Source: Octopus sinensis (Eukaryota). Taken from it: a DNA stretch of 64,000 nucleotides. A program made the translations under genes and the position numbers. Under the pieces are notes generated by a model. That model was not told the origin of the DNA and searched no databases. It saw nothing but the letters and a program-made list of their open reading frames with translations. Shown here one piece after another: positions 1 to 12,787 of the stretch (the first letter of the stretch is position 1; every line of letters begins with the position of its first letter). Where the stretch lies: positions 44,888,001-44,952,000 of the forward strand of contig NC_043010.1 in the NCBI RefSeq assembly GCF_006345805.1, given 5' to 3'.

Positions 1-316
1 CTACCTAAATTTGAGAAAGTATAAAGATCTTCAAATAGAAATTAGCAACATGTGGAGCCTCAAGACTAAAACAATACCTGTTGTCATAGGTGCCATAGGA
101 ATGATACCAAAAGGAGCTGATTGTAATCTCAAGTTTTAAAACAAACTTATAATTTTGTTTTGCTTTCTTGAACATTCTCTAGAACAATACTTTGTACAAA
201 ACCAAATATATGGCACCCTAGTCATAACACAAACATGAACTTCTAACTTGTCTCTTGGGGTTCCCTGGGTGAGACTTGGAGTCAACTTGTACAAATACAA
301 AACAAAAGTCAAACAT

Positions 317-362
<46 letters not shown>

Positions 363-371
363 CAACAATAA
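1..371 (+). mobile_element. 3' end of an R4/Dong-like (RLE-encoding) non-LTR retrotransposon with (TAA)n tail
   Basis: Translates LRKYKDLQIEISNMWSLKTKTIPVVIGAIGMIPKG (K..KY..L...I..MW......IPVVIGA.G, typical RLE C-terminus), then 3' UTR and (TAA)n at 318-371. Confidence 0.75.
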
Positions 372-374
372 TAG

Positions 375-650
375 AGGATTGAGGTAACTTCTCCAGAAGA
401 TATAGAGTCAAAATTAAAAGAAGAGTGCCATTGTTATCTAGTGAACGATATTTCGACATCTTGAGTGTCTTCAACTGGTTCAAAAAATAAATTTGTCAAT
501 CTACTTCATTTTGGTTAATATATAAAGGATTGAGGTAACTCCCCCTGGAGATATAGAGTCAAAATTAAAAGAAGAGTGCCATTGTTATCTAGTGAACGAT
601 ATTTCGACATCTTGAGTGTCTTCAACTGGTTCAAAAAATTATTTGACATC
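375..650. repeat. ~125-bp direct duplication
   Basis: aggattgaggtaact...ttcaactggttcaaaaaa occurs near-identically at about 375-500 and 526-650. Confidence 0.85.
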
Positions 651-959
651 TTGATGCGGGCGGTTTCGGACGTGCCAGGTGGGAAATCTTCATGATCGGC
701 TATAGCTTCATTCTCGTCGATAATTTTTTCTTTTTTGTATTGTATCATGATTTCATGAGGCGTTCGAGGGGTTCCCACGAGAGTTGTTATGGAGGTCCCA
801 TCTCTCTTTTCCTCTCTTTATTTGTATATACACGTGCACATGTATGTACATAGACATATATATATAAATAAAGTCTCGCATCGTGTCGCATACATAACCA
901 CAGTGATTATCATTACTACCATCGTTCTACCTCTAGCATTTAAAATTATAAATAATAAT

Positions 960-1114
960 ATGGGTCCCAGTAAATTGCAGCAGATCTTCGTCACTATTTA
1001 TCAAATACTCGGCAAGCATTCTCCTTTCACTCTTTATACAATGGTCTATACTAATCAGTCCTCTGCCATCATTCTTTCTTTTCATATACAGTCTGTTTAC
1101 TTTTGCAGTTAACA

Positions 1115-1182
<68 letters not shown>
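960..1182 (-). mobile_element. R4/Dong-like retrotransposon internal fragment next to (TTA)n
   Basis: Minus frame RLYMKRKNDGRGLISIDHCIKSERRMLAEYLINSDEDLLQ matches the post-RT RLY..R..GGRGL motif; (TTA)n at 1115-1182. Confidence 0.7.
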
Positions 1183-1184
<2 letters not shown>

Positions 1185-1321
1185 CTGTGCGATAAGGAGA
1201 CAAAAAGGCCTCACACCCTTTGGGTCAGCAGAGGTCAAGTGTGTTTACTACTACTAGCGATCAATGAGAGCGCTGACCTTGGCCTTGAAAAGAAGCAATT
1301 CACCTTGATCTATTTTTATAC

Positions 1322-1356
<35 letters not shown>

Positions 1357-1357
1357 A

Positions 1358-1401
<44 letters not shown>

Positions 1402-1564
1402 ATTAATGTTCACATTGTTGTTTGACTTTCTGAATTTTTTCTTCCTTTTCTTTTTATGAGTTTTGCTGTGGTTTACACTTTTGTAATTGTGCAGTTTGTA
1501 TATATTGGCAGGTGCTTACCTCCTTAATTTTTTTCTTTTTCCTGTGCATTTAATTGTGCTGTTG

Positions 1565-2040
1565 CAATAAAAGGTATGTTTACATATTCGGGTAGTCAGG
1601 GACAAAAGAAAGAGAAAATTTTCACACAAAATTGTAGATATTAAAGTTTTAAAGTTCTCTAGAGATGTTCGTTTGTATGTCCAATTAGAGCAGACAGTAG
1701 TGTTTTTGCAATAAAAAAGGATGTTTACATTTTCTAATACTCAGGGAGAAAGGAAAGGAAAAGAAAGAACAGAAAAGGAGAGTAAAATTTCCACAGATAG
1801 ATATTAAAGTTTTTTTAGATTTACTAAAGATGATCTTTTGTATGTCCGAACAGAGAAAACTGTAGTGTTCTTAGAATAAAAAGTATATTTACATTTTCGA
1901 ATACTCAGGGAGAAAGGAAAGGATAGATATTCACAGAAGTTGTTGATACTAAAGTTTTTAAAGCTGACCGTTTGTGTGTTTGAAAACTGTAGATATGTAA
2001 GTTTCTTATTTAAAATACTCACAGGAAATTGTAGATATTC
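1565..2040. repeat. Degenerate tandem repeat, about 150-bp period, 3-4 units
   Basis: Recurrent blocks ttacatttt..aatactcagggagaaaggaaagg, tagatattaaagtttt and ttgtatgtcc...gtagtgtt. Confidence 0.6.
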
Positions 2041-2096
2041 CAATCTTTGAGAGTTATTATTATTATTGTTATTCTTCTTCTTCTTCTCTTCTTCTT

Positions 2097-2718
<622 letters not shown>

Positions 2719-2779
2719 TTCTTCTTCTTCTTCTTCTTCTTCTTCTTCTTCTTCTTCTTCTTCTTCTTCTTCTTCAGTA

Positions 2780-4200
2780 GTCTTATTTTTAACACTTGCT
2801 TTCACTTTACCACCGAGCGCAGCTCTGTGTGCCTTGGGTGTGGGCTGTAGTTTGTTGTGGTGCTCTTATTTTCACTGTATCGAAAGCATTTTACGTAGGA
2901 TGTGTGTGGTGCCTAGTAGTGCTATTTTCTGTAGAGGGCAAAGAAATTTTGTTTCTTCCCACGTATTGTGGGAATATGTTGACAAGAGACTGGGTCTGCG
3001 GGTTACCACCCGGGATAAAACCCAAGTGGATAGAGGAGACTATCCGCCGGGGTCTGGGTGGCTGCGGAGCCAAGCTCCTTAATGTGAAAGTTTTTCCTGC
3101 GGCTGATTGGGTTGGGCCAAAAGCTGTTTTGACACTGTGGACCCTATCAGCCAATCTGGTTTTTCCAGATTTTTCGAAAATGGCTGGATGCAGGTACAGA
3201 GTGATTCTTGAGGGTGCCCACACCCCCCGGTATAATCGGTGCCTGGAGCCTGGCCATATAAAAAAAACTGTCTCCAGTAACAAAGTAAGGTCCTGGGACA
3301 GTTGGTTGAGACCTCTGTAGAAGAGGGAATGAAGGCGACCGAGGAGGCGGAGGACTCCTCAAAGAAGGGCCGCAAGAGGAAGAAGGTGAGCAACAATGGG
3401 TGCTCACCGAAGGATCCTAGGGATGACGGAGGGGAGGCAAATCTCCCGGTCACGGAGGAGACGCACCCTCCCTCAGGTGAGAAGAAAAAAGAGGAAGAGG
3501 AAGAGAAACGGAACATTGCCGGCAGTCGGTGATATAGTACCGGGATGTCCCGGAACCTCATCGGTAGGGGTTGTGCTACCGGCAGGGGAAGAGACACCGT
3601 TGACGGGAACTGTGCCGCCAACGGTAGAATTGATTATCCCGGCCGCGGAGGAGGACGAATCATTGGTCTTCTTCTATAGAAGCGGAGAGGTAGAAAAGGT
3701 GGTGCACACAGAATCCCGAATGGCCTCTGCAAATAGCTGTGGAGGTCATAACGTTGCTCGTGATGGATAGGCTGAAGGGACACAATGAGGAATATCGCAT
3801 GTGGCCAGGCGACGCCGACACGGCACCCGCTTTGATATTGAATGAGGCGTGGGTGATTGCGGAGTATGCGGGCACAGGCGATGTTGAGGAGGAATAGTGA
3901 TAAGAGATTGAAAAGCCTCATTGTTACTGAAAGTTCCGAGTTTGGAAAGAAAGGTAAAAGGTTTAGCGCCTCATTTTTTTATTGAATTTTATTATTGAAT
4001 ATTGTGAACAGTGTAGAGGTTTGTTGCCTCACGAAGAATATACAAGAGATCAATATTCTCGGGAAAATTGATCGGCGGGCGTCGTTTTTTCCTCCCATTA
4101 ATCATCATTTTCATTTTCATTTCATATAACATTATGCCTACGTCCAGCCCGCAGATTCCTTTCTCTGTGTAAGGCCTTATGGCTAATATAGTGAAATAAA
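2780..4200 (+). mobile_element. 5'-truncated Tx1/L1-type ORF1-only (HAL1-like) retroelement
   Basis: ORF1-like peptide ...EILFLPTYCG..TRDWVCGLPPGIKPKWIEE...RYRVILEG..PRYNRCLEPGHIKK (degraded CCHC knuckle), then an acidic/basic tail, about 300 bp UTR and AATAAA end. No ORF2. Confidence 0.75.
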
Positions 4201-4605
4201 GAGGCTTGCTTCCCAAACACATGGTTCCGGGTTCAGTCCTACCGTAAATACCTTGGGCAAGTGTCTTCTGCTATAGCCTCGGGTCGGTCAAAGCTTTGTG
4301 AGTTGATTTGGTAAACGGAAACTGAATGAATCCCGTCGTATATATATGTGTGTGTGTGAACATGTGTGTTTATGTGTGTGTGTGCGTTTGTGTTTGTGTA
4401 TGTGTATTTGTACCCCCACCACCGCAGTGTTAGTGCGTTTACGCCCCCATAACTTAACGGTTCGGCAAAATACACCGATAGAATAAGTACCAGGATTAAA
4501 AATATTAAGTCCCGGGATCGATTCATTTGACTAAGAATTCTTCAAGGCGGTGCTCCAGCATTGCCGCATTCTAATGACTGAAACAAGTAAGAGACAAAAG
4601 AAAAG
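4201..4605 (+). mobile_element. CORE-like tRNA SINE lacking its first ~20 nt
   Basis: Starts gaggcttgcttccc..acatggttccgggttcagtcc, continues ccttgggcaagtgtcttctgctatagcc core and gactgaaacaagtaa tail. Confidence 0.85.
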
Positions 4606-4673
4606 TTAATGTATTTGAAACATAATGGAAGACAAAGCTTTTAGATCTCTCTCTCTCTCTCCCTCTCTCTCTC

Positions 4674-4739
<66 letters not shown>

Positions 4740-5217
4740 CATATTACGGTTTTTGTATGTTTCTTAAATGGCTTATAAACACCTTCCACGCTGCAATTGT
4801 TTGCCTATATATATATATATATATATAATATATATATATATATTTATTTATAAATAAGGATAATATCGATATATAAATATCGATATTATCAAATGGCCAG
4901 CATGGGAATAAATACCATACAAAGGTAATAATTTTTCACAACTATAAATAAGGGTGTCTGAGAGACACCACCATGCCGAAATAGCAGTCAAACCCTGGCT
5001 CTAAAAACCACCTAAAATGTTCATATCGTACCACGAGATAAGACAGAGAAACAAAATAAACTAGCAAAAAGATATTACTGGATAATTCAAGATCCTGGAT
5101 TTCTAGCTTTACTTCAAATAAGCTCTGCTTTCGTCAGTTGAATATACCACATTAGCACATAAATACAAAAATATATATACAGAACACACGTTATATATAT
5201 ATATATATATTATATAT

Positions 5218-5270
<53 letters not shown>

Positions 5271-5279
5271 ATATATATA

Positions 5280-6482
5280 TTAGGTCGTCAAATATGAAAT
5301 TTGTAGAACAGGAAAAAGTTTGCTAATATTTTATAAATACAAGGAATAGTTTTATTCATCAATGTATGCACCTATATTGTCAATACACTTTTACCATTTC
5401 AGCGGTAGCTTGTCCAGCCTGGCAATCAAGAGTCAATAAAATCTTGGATGGCCTGTTTTACAGCATCGTCGGAGTTAAATTTTTTCCTATCAAAAAGTTA
5501 TCCAAATTCTAGAAGACGTGGGGAATTTCCGACTCCAAATCCTGTAGTTTCGCGAATGTCATTTTGCGTTGTCTTGCAATAAAACAGGAGTGAATCTGTT
5601 GACTAATCTAGGCTGTTTTCTGTAAGTTTCTCCATCATTTGGTCCACTTGGCTGCAGTATACTTCGGCCGTGATTGATGAGCCAGGTTTAATGAAATCAT
5701 AATGGATCACACCTGCGCCAGACCACCCAACATACACCAGCAGCTCCTTTTGATGAATTTTGGTTTTTGGACTGTGTTTTGGTGGCTCGTTTTTGTCCAA
5801 CCATTGTACTGGTCATTTACGGTTGTTATTTTGGATCTCATCACATGTTACAATTCGATTCAAAAATGATTCATTTTTGTGATGAAAAAGTAGTATAATG
5901 CAGGCTTCCAAATGTTGCTGTTTCTGATTTCCATTGAGTTCATGAGGAACCTACTTATCCAACTTCTTCACTTAACCGATTTGAACTAGGTGAATCAATA
6001 TTGTTTGCTTGCTAACACCAAACAACAATGATAATTCCCGTGCACTTTGTGATGGACCTGACTCGACGGTGGCTTCCAGTCCATCATTATCCACTTTTGT
6101 TTCTAGTCGACCGCATTGCACATTTATAAGGTCAAAGTTAACAGAACGAAATTGTGCAAGCCAATTTGATACTGTCTGCTATGTAATAACATTAGAATGA
6201 AATATTCCATTTATATTCCGCGCTGTCTGTGATGCTGCATTTCCAAGAAAGAACTCATATTTTAAAATTGTTCGAATTTCCGACTTATCCATCTCTAAAC
6301 AAAAATAGTAAAAAACGATTTATAAATACTTTATAAAGCGCAAAATGAGTTAGAATAAAGAAATAGATGTGTCAGCTTTCTAACAAAAAATAAAGATTGT
6401 CACAATATAATAATGGCGCAAAATGAGCAGCTGTCAAAGTTTACCATATACCTTACTACAAATTTCATACTTGACGACCTAA
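5280..6482 (-). mobile_element. Degenerate mariner (DD34D) transposon with both TIRs
   Basis: 27-bp TIRs ttaggtcgtcaa(a/g)tatgaaatttgtag at 5280-5306 and 6456-6482, TA on both flanks. Minus-strand peptide ...PKTKIHQKELLVYVGWSGAGVIHYDFIKPGSSITAEVYCSQ. Confidence 0.9.
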
Positions 6483-6499
6483 TATATATATATACACAT

Positions 6500-7480
6500 G
6501 GAAGTAGAGAATAGAAAAGATGAACAGAGGGTACATAAGTTCACCATGGAAATACTTATAGAATAGACAGAACGAAGATAAGTTTTGACGATGAGCCAAA
6601 ACTTCCACATTAAATAGAAAGAAGAGTACCCACCATATTAACGATTCGATCCTAAATTCGACCAAGTAAATAAGAGACCCGGAGGAGGCACCAGCCTAAA
6701 GATAACAGCAATGTAAGAAACTTGTAAGCAAGGAAGAAAGATCCAACCTTCTTGGCAGTCGACATGGCAATGGACTGAAAGTGCTTGTTCCAAGAGAGAT
6801 GACGTCGGATACTATAGCTTTCTGAAAGATCAGTGCCCCCGCCCATAGCAATGGAGGGGAAGGATGGCTACCTATAATGACTAGTTGACAAAAGCTTTAT
6901 ATTGCCAGCATTAAAAGTCACCAGTCAGTCACTATCCCATTTCATGACCGCATGAAGAACAATCTTAAGAAAGACAACCAGCTCAAAGTCGCTAATTTTG
7001 TCATGACCAAATTAAGGAGCTGTACCATCGACATAGATGGCAGTTTAGAAACAATTTCGTCTGGAAGATCATTAATGAAAAGGAGAAAAAGAGTAGGACC
7101 AAGTACAAAACTTTGGGGTACTCCAGCAGTGATACCATATGCTTCCAACTGCCGGCCATCAATGACCATCTTCGTTGTACAACTTGAAAGAAATGACTTT
7201 ATGTTGAGGAACGGCCAAGGCAGACCATAGCCTCTGAACTTATAGGTCAGTCCAGCCTACCATACTCTGTCAAAAGTCATTCAGATATCAAGAGCGATGA
7301 TTCTAGCTTCACCAAAAGAGTTAAGGGAACGATAGAACCGTTCAGATATGACATTGGGTATTTTACTTAAATTGAGAAAAGCTATTTGACGGCCCTCTGT
7401 AGTGTTATAAATAACATAGTCTTACATATAGAGACATATACTTGGTTCCAACCAAGGTAGTTTAACATGCAGGTCATTAT
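6500..7480 (-). mobile_element. CR1/L2 (Jockey-group) LINE reverse-transcriptase fragment
   Basis: GVPQSFVLGPTLFLLFINDLPD (GVPQGSVLGP motif), LSWNKHFQSIA..AKKVG, LFYKYFHGE; frameshifted. Confidence 0.8.
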
Positions 7481-8019
7481 TATTAACGTCAAAATCATTA
7501 TCATAATCTATACTGTATTTTTAACTTTTTTTACGTATTTCAACTTGTAGATCAATGTGACATGCCAAATAATTTCTCAGATTCAACCGGCTATGCATTT
7601 GCATTTGAATGTGTCCCATTTAGCTCGGGAAAATATAGACAATATAAAAAATAATCACCGTAGAGATGATCACGTTCCCATGGTCTATGTGGTGAGATAA
7701 GAAATGTGCGAACTCTGCCAGTGTTGAGTTGTCACATATTGCATCTTAGAAACATGTTGAATGTCAAAATCTTTCATAGTCATTGTTAAAAATAAATGAA
7801 CGTGTGAAATCTCTTACACACATATGGGCGAGCGCGCATACATACACACACGTCCCCTCCATAAAAAAACACATATATGAAAGTTTGAAACTTTGGACGT
7901 TAATACAAAGCCCACACTAGTTTTCTTTCTTCATAACCGTCTGAAAATGTGTGTTTTTAATGAGATATTCTCAAATGCCTTTCAGGTTGTGTAGATTAGG
8001 GTTATATCGGAGCAGGGGG

Positions 8020-8170
8020 TATTGACACCATTGTTCGACTGGTACTTATTTCATTGACCCCGGAAGGGACGAAAGGTAAAGTCGATCCCAGAAGAATTTA
8101 AACTCAGAACGTGAATTCTAAAGAAATGCCGCAAAGCATTTTGTTCAGCGCTGTAAAAATTTTGCCAGCA
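8020..8170 (-). mobile_element. Meta-domain-like SINE fragment
   Basis: ggtacttatttcattgaccccggaagggacgaaaggtaaagtcgatcc..gaatttaaactcagaacgt. Confidence 0.7.
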
Positions 8171-8677
8171 CTCCATCTTTATGCTAGAACTAATTATTGA
8201 ATAGATATTTCATCCATTATTTTATTACAATCTTAATCTCTCTCTTTAAACAAACTCAAGAGTAGTCCATACCAAACGTTTTCATATTGTATGCTAGAAA
8301 CAGTAGGAAACACATAGGTCTCAAAAGTATTTTTTTTTTGCATAATTGTAATTAAATCATAATTAATCTTTTGCATAATTGTAATTAAACGATATGGAAA
8401 GAAAGTCGAGATGCGTGAAAAATACGTTTCTCCTCAGTTTTTTTTCATACTAAATTCTTATAAAATCGTAATCTAAACCATCTGAAAGTTATTGGTAGAA
8501 AATTTCATTAAAAAATACTCATTTTTATGAACTCTACGAGGAAACAAATTTGAAGTGCGTGAATTATCCGAAACACTTCTCCACAGATGTTTTTCACCAT
8601 ATATTCCGGTATAATCATTAAATATACCGTCTGAAGCGTATTTGAAGAAACTTTCATTAGAAATATTCGTTTTTCAT

Positions 8678-8880
8678 AAGCGAGCAGGCCAACAGAAGAA
8701 AGAGTGAGAGAAAGTTGCGGCGAAAGAGTACAGCAGGGATCGCCACCACCCCCTACCGGAGCCTCGTGAAGCTTTAGGTGTTTTCGCTCAATAAACACTC
8801 ATAACGTTCGGTCTGGGAATCGAAACCGCGATCCTACAACCGCGAGTCCGCTGCCCTAACCACTGGGTCATTGCGCCTCC
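8678..8880 (-). mobile_element. Third tRNA-derived SINE family copy
   Basis: Reverse complement begins ggaggcgcaatgacccagtggttagggcagcggactcgcgg..ggtttcgattccc (A/B boxes); same family as 63613-63845. Confidence 0.85.
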
Positions 8881-8881
8881 A

Positions 8882-8915
<34 letters not shown>

Positions 8916-9017
8916 ACACACACACGTATGTGTGCACGTTAGTATTGTTTGTGTATAAATATATGTGTATATGTATATAATACACATGTATATGTATGTA
9001 TGAGAGTGTGTGTGTGT

Positions 9018-9063
<46 letters not shown>

Positions 9064-9700
9064 GGTTTTTATTGATTTGTGAAACGTGAAATGTATTTTG
9101 TGTGTTTAAAATGACGGTTGTGAAGATAATGTGAGGCAGAAGTTTCGATATTAGTGAAAAAATGTATTAAGCGAAAAGCCGTTCAGTGAAATTAGATCTA
9201 TGTCACCTATATAGATTTCCTGAAAGGACTAGAAGAGGTGAGCGGAAAAGCAGAAGAGTTGTAACCATTATTGTATTTTGTGTGTCAAGTTATGAAGAGT
9301 TTTTTTTATGATTATTTTGTGTGTTTTGATTATATTAATTTGTAAATTGTTTCTTGATGTTATGCTTGTTTTCTTAAATGTGCTTATTAATAATAATAAA
9401 TGAATATATAGGAATTGTACTTGCTTGGCAAGTGACATGATCTAAGTTTGTATGTTGAAACTCAAACAGATTGCGCGTGAGTCATGTTTGTCATAAAAAA
9501 GAATAACACATATACCGATGCATTCAATTTCTTAGCAGTATTATATTCTATAAATGTGGAAACGTTTTAACACTTTCTAGTTTACAAAGAAAGAAAACAA
9601 AAATGAGTAATAAATTATTACTAAATGTACATAATTTGAATAATATATATGATTACTATTTGATTATTTAAGTCCAGTTTCGTATCATACAAAGGAATAA

Positions 9701-10045
9701 GGCAGCGAGCGGGCAGAATCGTTAGCAGACTGGACAAAATGTTTGGCGGTATTTCGCCCGCCGCTACGTTCTGAGTTCAAATTGCCTTTCATCCTTTCGG
9801 ACTCGATAAATTAAGGACCATTTGCTTAATCCGTTTGTCTGTCCTTGTTTATCCTCTCTGTGTCTAGCCCCTTATGGGTAGTAAAGAAATAGGTATTTCG
9901 CCCGCCGCAACGTTCTGAGTTCAAATTGCCTTTCATCCTTTCGGACTCGATAAATTAAGTATCAGTGAAACAAAGTGTCAATGTAGTCGCCTAGTCTCCT
10001 CCCGCAAAATGGCTGCCCCTGTGGCAAAATTTGAAACCATTATTA
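9701..10045 (+). mobile_element. Meta-domain-like SINE dimer (Tx1-type tail inserted into head)
   Basis: Head at 9701; ...cccttatgggtagtaaagaaata|ggtatttcg junction at 9891/9892; 68-bp block duplicated at 9748-9815 and 9892-9959. Confidence 0.85.
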
Positions 10046-10977
10046 TACAAAGGAATTGAATTTCTCTTTGGAATAAAGTCTGGAACCTATTTTAATTAAA
10101 TTTATTTCTCATACCATAACAAGATCCATAAAATATGAACTCAGTCAGTGTCAGTCGATTTTGTACACAGGCTGCCATGGATCTGGAATGACTCAAAATT
10201 AACTTAGATAACGTACTTTCCATAAATGAAATACATAAAAGACAAACATACTGTCTGCAACAAGGTTTAGTTTGGTCCCTAGCTAAATTTTATTAAACAA
10301 ACTGTTATTCTTAATTCGTAATTTTAGAATATTTTGTAGAATATACACTGTCCACAAAGTTAGTAGACAGATAGAAAAGAATGTTTAATTACAGTGGAAA
10401 CTGGATAATATAACGTTAATAAAACTATTAATATCATTTAAAAAATAACATTTTAATATGCTACAAAAATCTAGTTGCCACCTCGTCTAAGATTTTCGTA
10501 ATGACTTTTTGAAATTGTCTAAAGACTTTGTAATATCTAATTGTAATATCTAATTGTCTAAAGACTTTGTAATATCTAAAGACTCTGTAATATCCTTTAT
10601 ATGCGCTGAGAATCGGAGGGAGACCAGAGTCGGAATTAACACCAGTTCCGGTTAGTGAAATAGATGTAACTCAGAGAACATGTCCTTATCTCAACCAATA
10701 AATAAATAAAAAAAAGCCTGTAGATCCATGCACTATAAAAGATGGGATCTATTTTCCTTTTACTATGTCTATATGTTCAGAGCAAAATAGTTTTTTTTAT
10801 TTCAAATCCATACACGTGTGCAATTTTCTAAAGTTTTGCAACTGAAACCATGCAAGCTGAAACCTATTTTCTTGAGACATTCATTGAGACAATATTTAAC
10901 ATCGTTCTTTTTCTAAAGACTCTTAGACTATAAGATTGTGTATATATCGTGTGGATCAGTCTTTCTTACACATCCCT

Positions 10978-11050
10978 GCACACCAACTCATAATCTGCAC
11001 ACAACTCATAATCTGCACACAACACATAATCTGCACACAACTCATAATCT
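10978..11050. repeat. 18-bp minisatellite, about 4 units
   Basis: gcacacaactcataatct repeated four times with single substitutions. Confidence 0.9.
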
Positions 11051-11454
11051 TTTTCTCTATTTTTTAATAAAGTTGTAATATTGATATCTTCATTAAATTA
11101 GTTCGATCTACATTATGAACTGAGATTTTAGGAATAATTTTCCCTATCTGGCTCACAAAATCCAGTTTATGCTTCAATTTGGCCCGCAGAGTGAGCCTAA
11201 TTGAAAATAAATGCTTGAGATAAATGCTTCCCAAGTCTAAACAAGTTTTTAAGATAAGATATCAGTATATTAAATCTAACTTTTCTAGTTATCTATTTCT
11301 TACATCTAAGAGAAAGATAATGTAGAGTAAATTATAATTCACAGAAACGCAACGAATCATTCGTAGCCGATGAACAGAGTCCTACTCAAAAGTGGGGATT
11401 CACTGAAAAGCATACTGATAACAAAGCAAATATATTGCACGAGACATCTACAAG

Positions 11455-11501
11455 TAGGCGTAGGAGTGGCTGTGTGGTAAGTAGCTTCCTTACCTAACCA
11501 C
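11455..11501 (+). mobile_element. Isolated 5' head of CORE-like SINE, interrupted by a Tx1-type element
   Basis: aggcgtaggagtggctgtgtggtaagtagcttccttacctaaccac, then unrelated T-rich sequence. Confidence 0.85.
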
Positions 11502-12455
11502 AGAAGAATTCGTGCTGCTTGGAAGTCACGTCTTTTGATGTGAAAAATTGAACATTTGTAGCACTTTTTAGCGAGAATTGTGTGTTTTCGGGAGGTGTGT
11601 CACTCCGAAAAGTTTTTGAAAATTTCTATGACTGTGTTTGTGTCCTTTCAAGTGGATTTTTACCATAAAGGATAAGAGTGCAGACGGAGTTGAACGGAAT
11701 AACATTTGTGCTGCGAAGGACTACCAGTTTGCATTACCAGTAGCAGAGTTGTGTTGTGTTGTGTTGCCATTTTGGAATATCTTCCTTCGCTCTTTTTTCT
11801 CATCTGTCTTTCTAATCTTTTTTGAATTTTTTATAGACTTTCACTTGAACATTTTGATTTTTGTTTGTAGATTTTTTCTTGTTTTGGCTATCAACATGGC
11901 AACAGTGAAATCCGCTTTGGCGTGGCAAATTCTGGCCCCCAAAGAATAGGTGAAAAATTATACGGAGAGAACGGTGGTGTTAAGGACCTATTCCAGGGTC
12001 CTTGACACCATCAAGGTCTTCTCTGAGAAAGAAATTGAGGAGGAGTTGGCAGACTAGCTACCAACTGTTAAGTTCATCCGCAGGGTTGCGAAGTATGGAA
12101 CTGTGTGTGTACTTTTTAACACCCCTGCGGAACCTCGTGATTTTGCGACCACGCCTTTGGAGGGGGGAAAATTTTGTTTCTCCCTACTTATGGCGGTAGA
12201 GGGTTGACAAGAGCCTGGGTGTATGGGCTTCCACCCGGTATAGAGGCCTAATAGATAGAAGACACTATCAGTGGAGGCCCTGACAGGCTCTTAAACATAA
12301 AAATGTTGCCTGCGGTCGATTGGGTCGGGTCAAAAGCAATTTTGACCTTATAGGCCCAATCGGCTGAAGATCTGGTTTTACCAAATTTTTTAACAATGGG
12401 CGGTTCCAGGTACCCGGTGATAGTTGAGGATACTACATCATTTACATCGAGCACA
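11502..12455 (+). mobile_element. 5' part of a Tx1/L1-type ORF1 element (5' UTR + degraded ORF1), 3'-truncated
   Basis: T-rich UTR; ATG near 11896 gives MATVKSALAWQILAPKE*VKNYTERTVVLRTYS...TRAWVYGLPPGI, homologous to the copy at 15259 (-). Confidence 0.8.
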
Positions 12456-12490
12456 GTACTCAACTGGTATAAAATAAGTTGAGCCCAGTA

Positions 12491-12640
12491 CTCAACTTAT
12501 TTTATCGACCCCGAAAGAATGAAAGACAAAGTCGACCTCGGCGGAATTTGAACTCAGAACGTAAAAACGGACAAAAGGTCGATAAGAATTTCGTCTCGCA
12601 TGCAAATCGATTCTGCCAGCTCACCACCTTGAATCGTGAT
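12491..12640 (-). mobile_element. Meta-domain-like SINE fragment
   Basis: ttattttatcgaccccgaaagaatgaaagacaaagtcgacctcggcggaatttgaactcagaacgt. Confidence 0.85.
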
Positions 12641-12744
12641 AATATTTACACTCAACAGACACTGCACATGAAGGGATCTCCGTCGATCAAGATTGACCTT
12701 TTTTCTCTACAATTGTATGCAGGCCTGAACAATTATTATTATTA

Positions 12745-12787
<43 letters not shown>

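Noticed and set aside
4944-5130. ctgagag..ccgaaa and reverse-strand ctgacga motifs resembling hammerhead cores
   Set aside because: Helix II cannot be formed or GAAA is missing at the right distance; at most decayed remnants.
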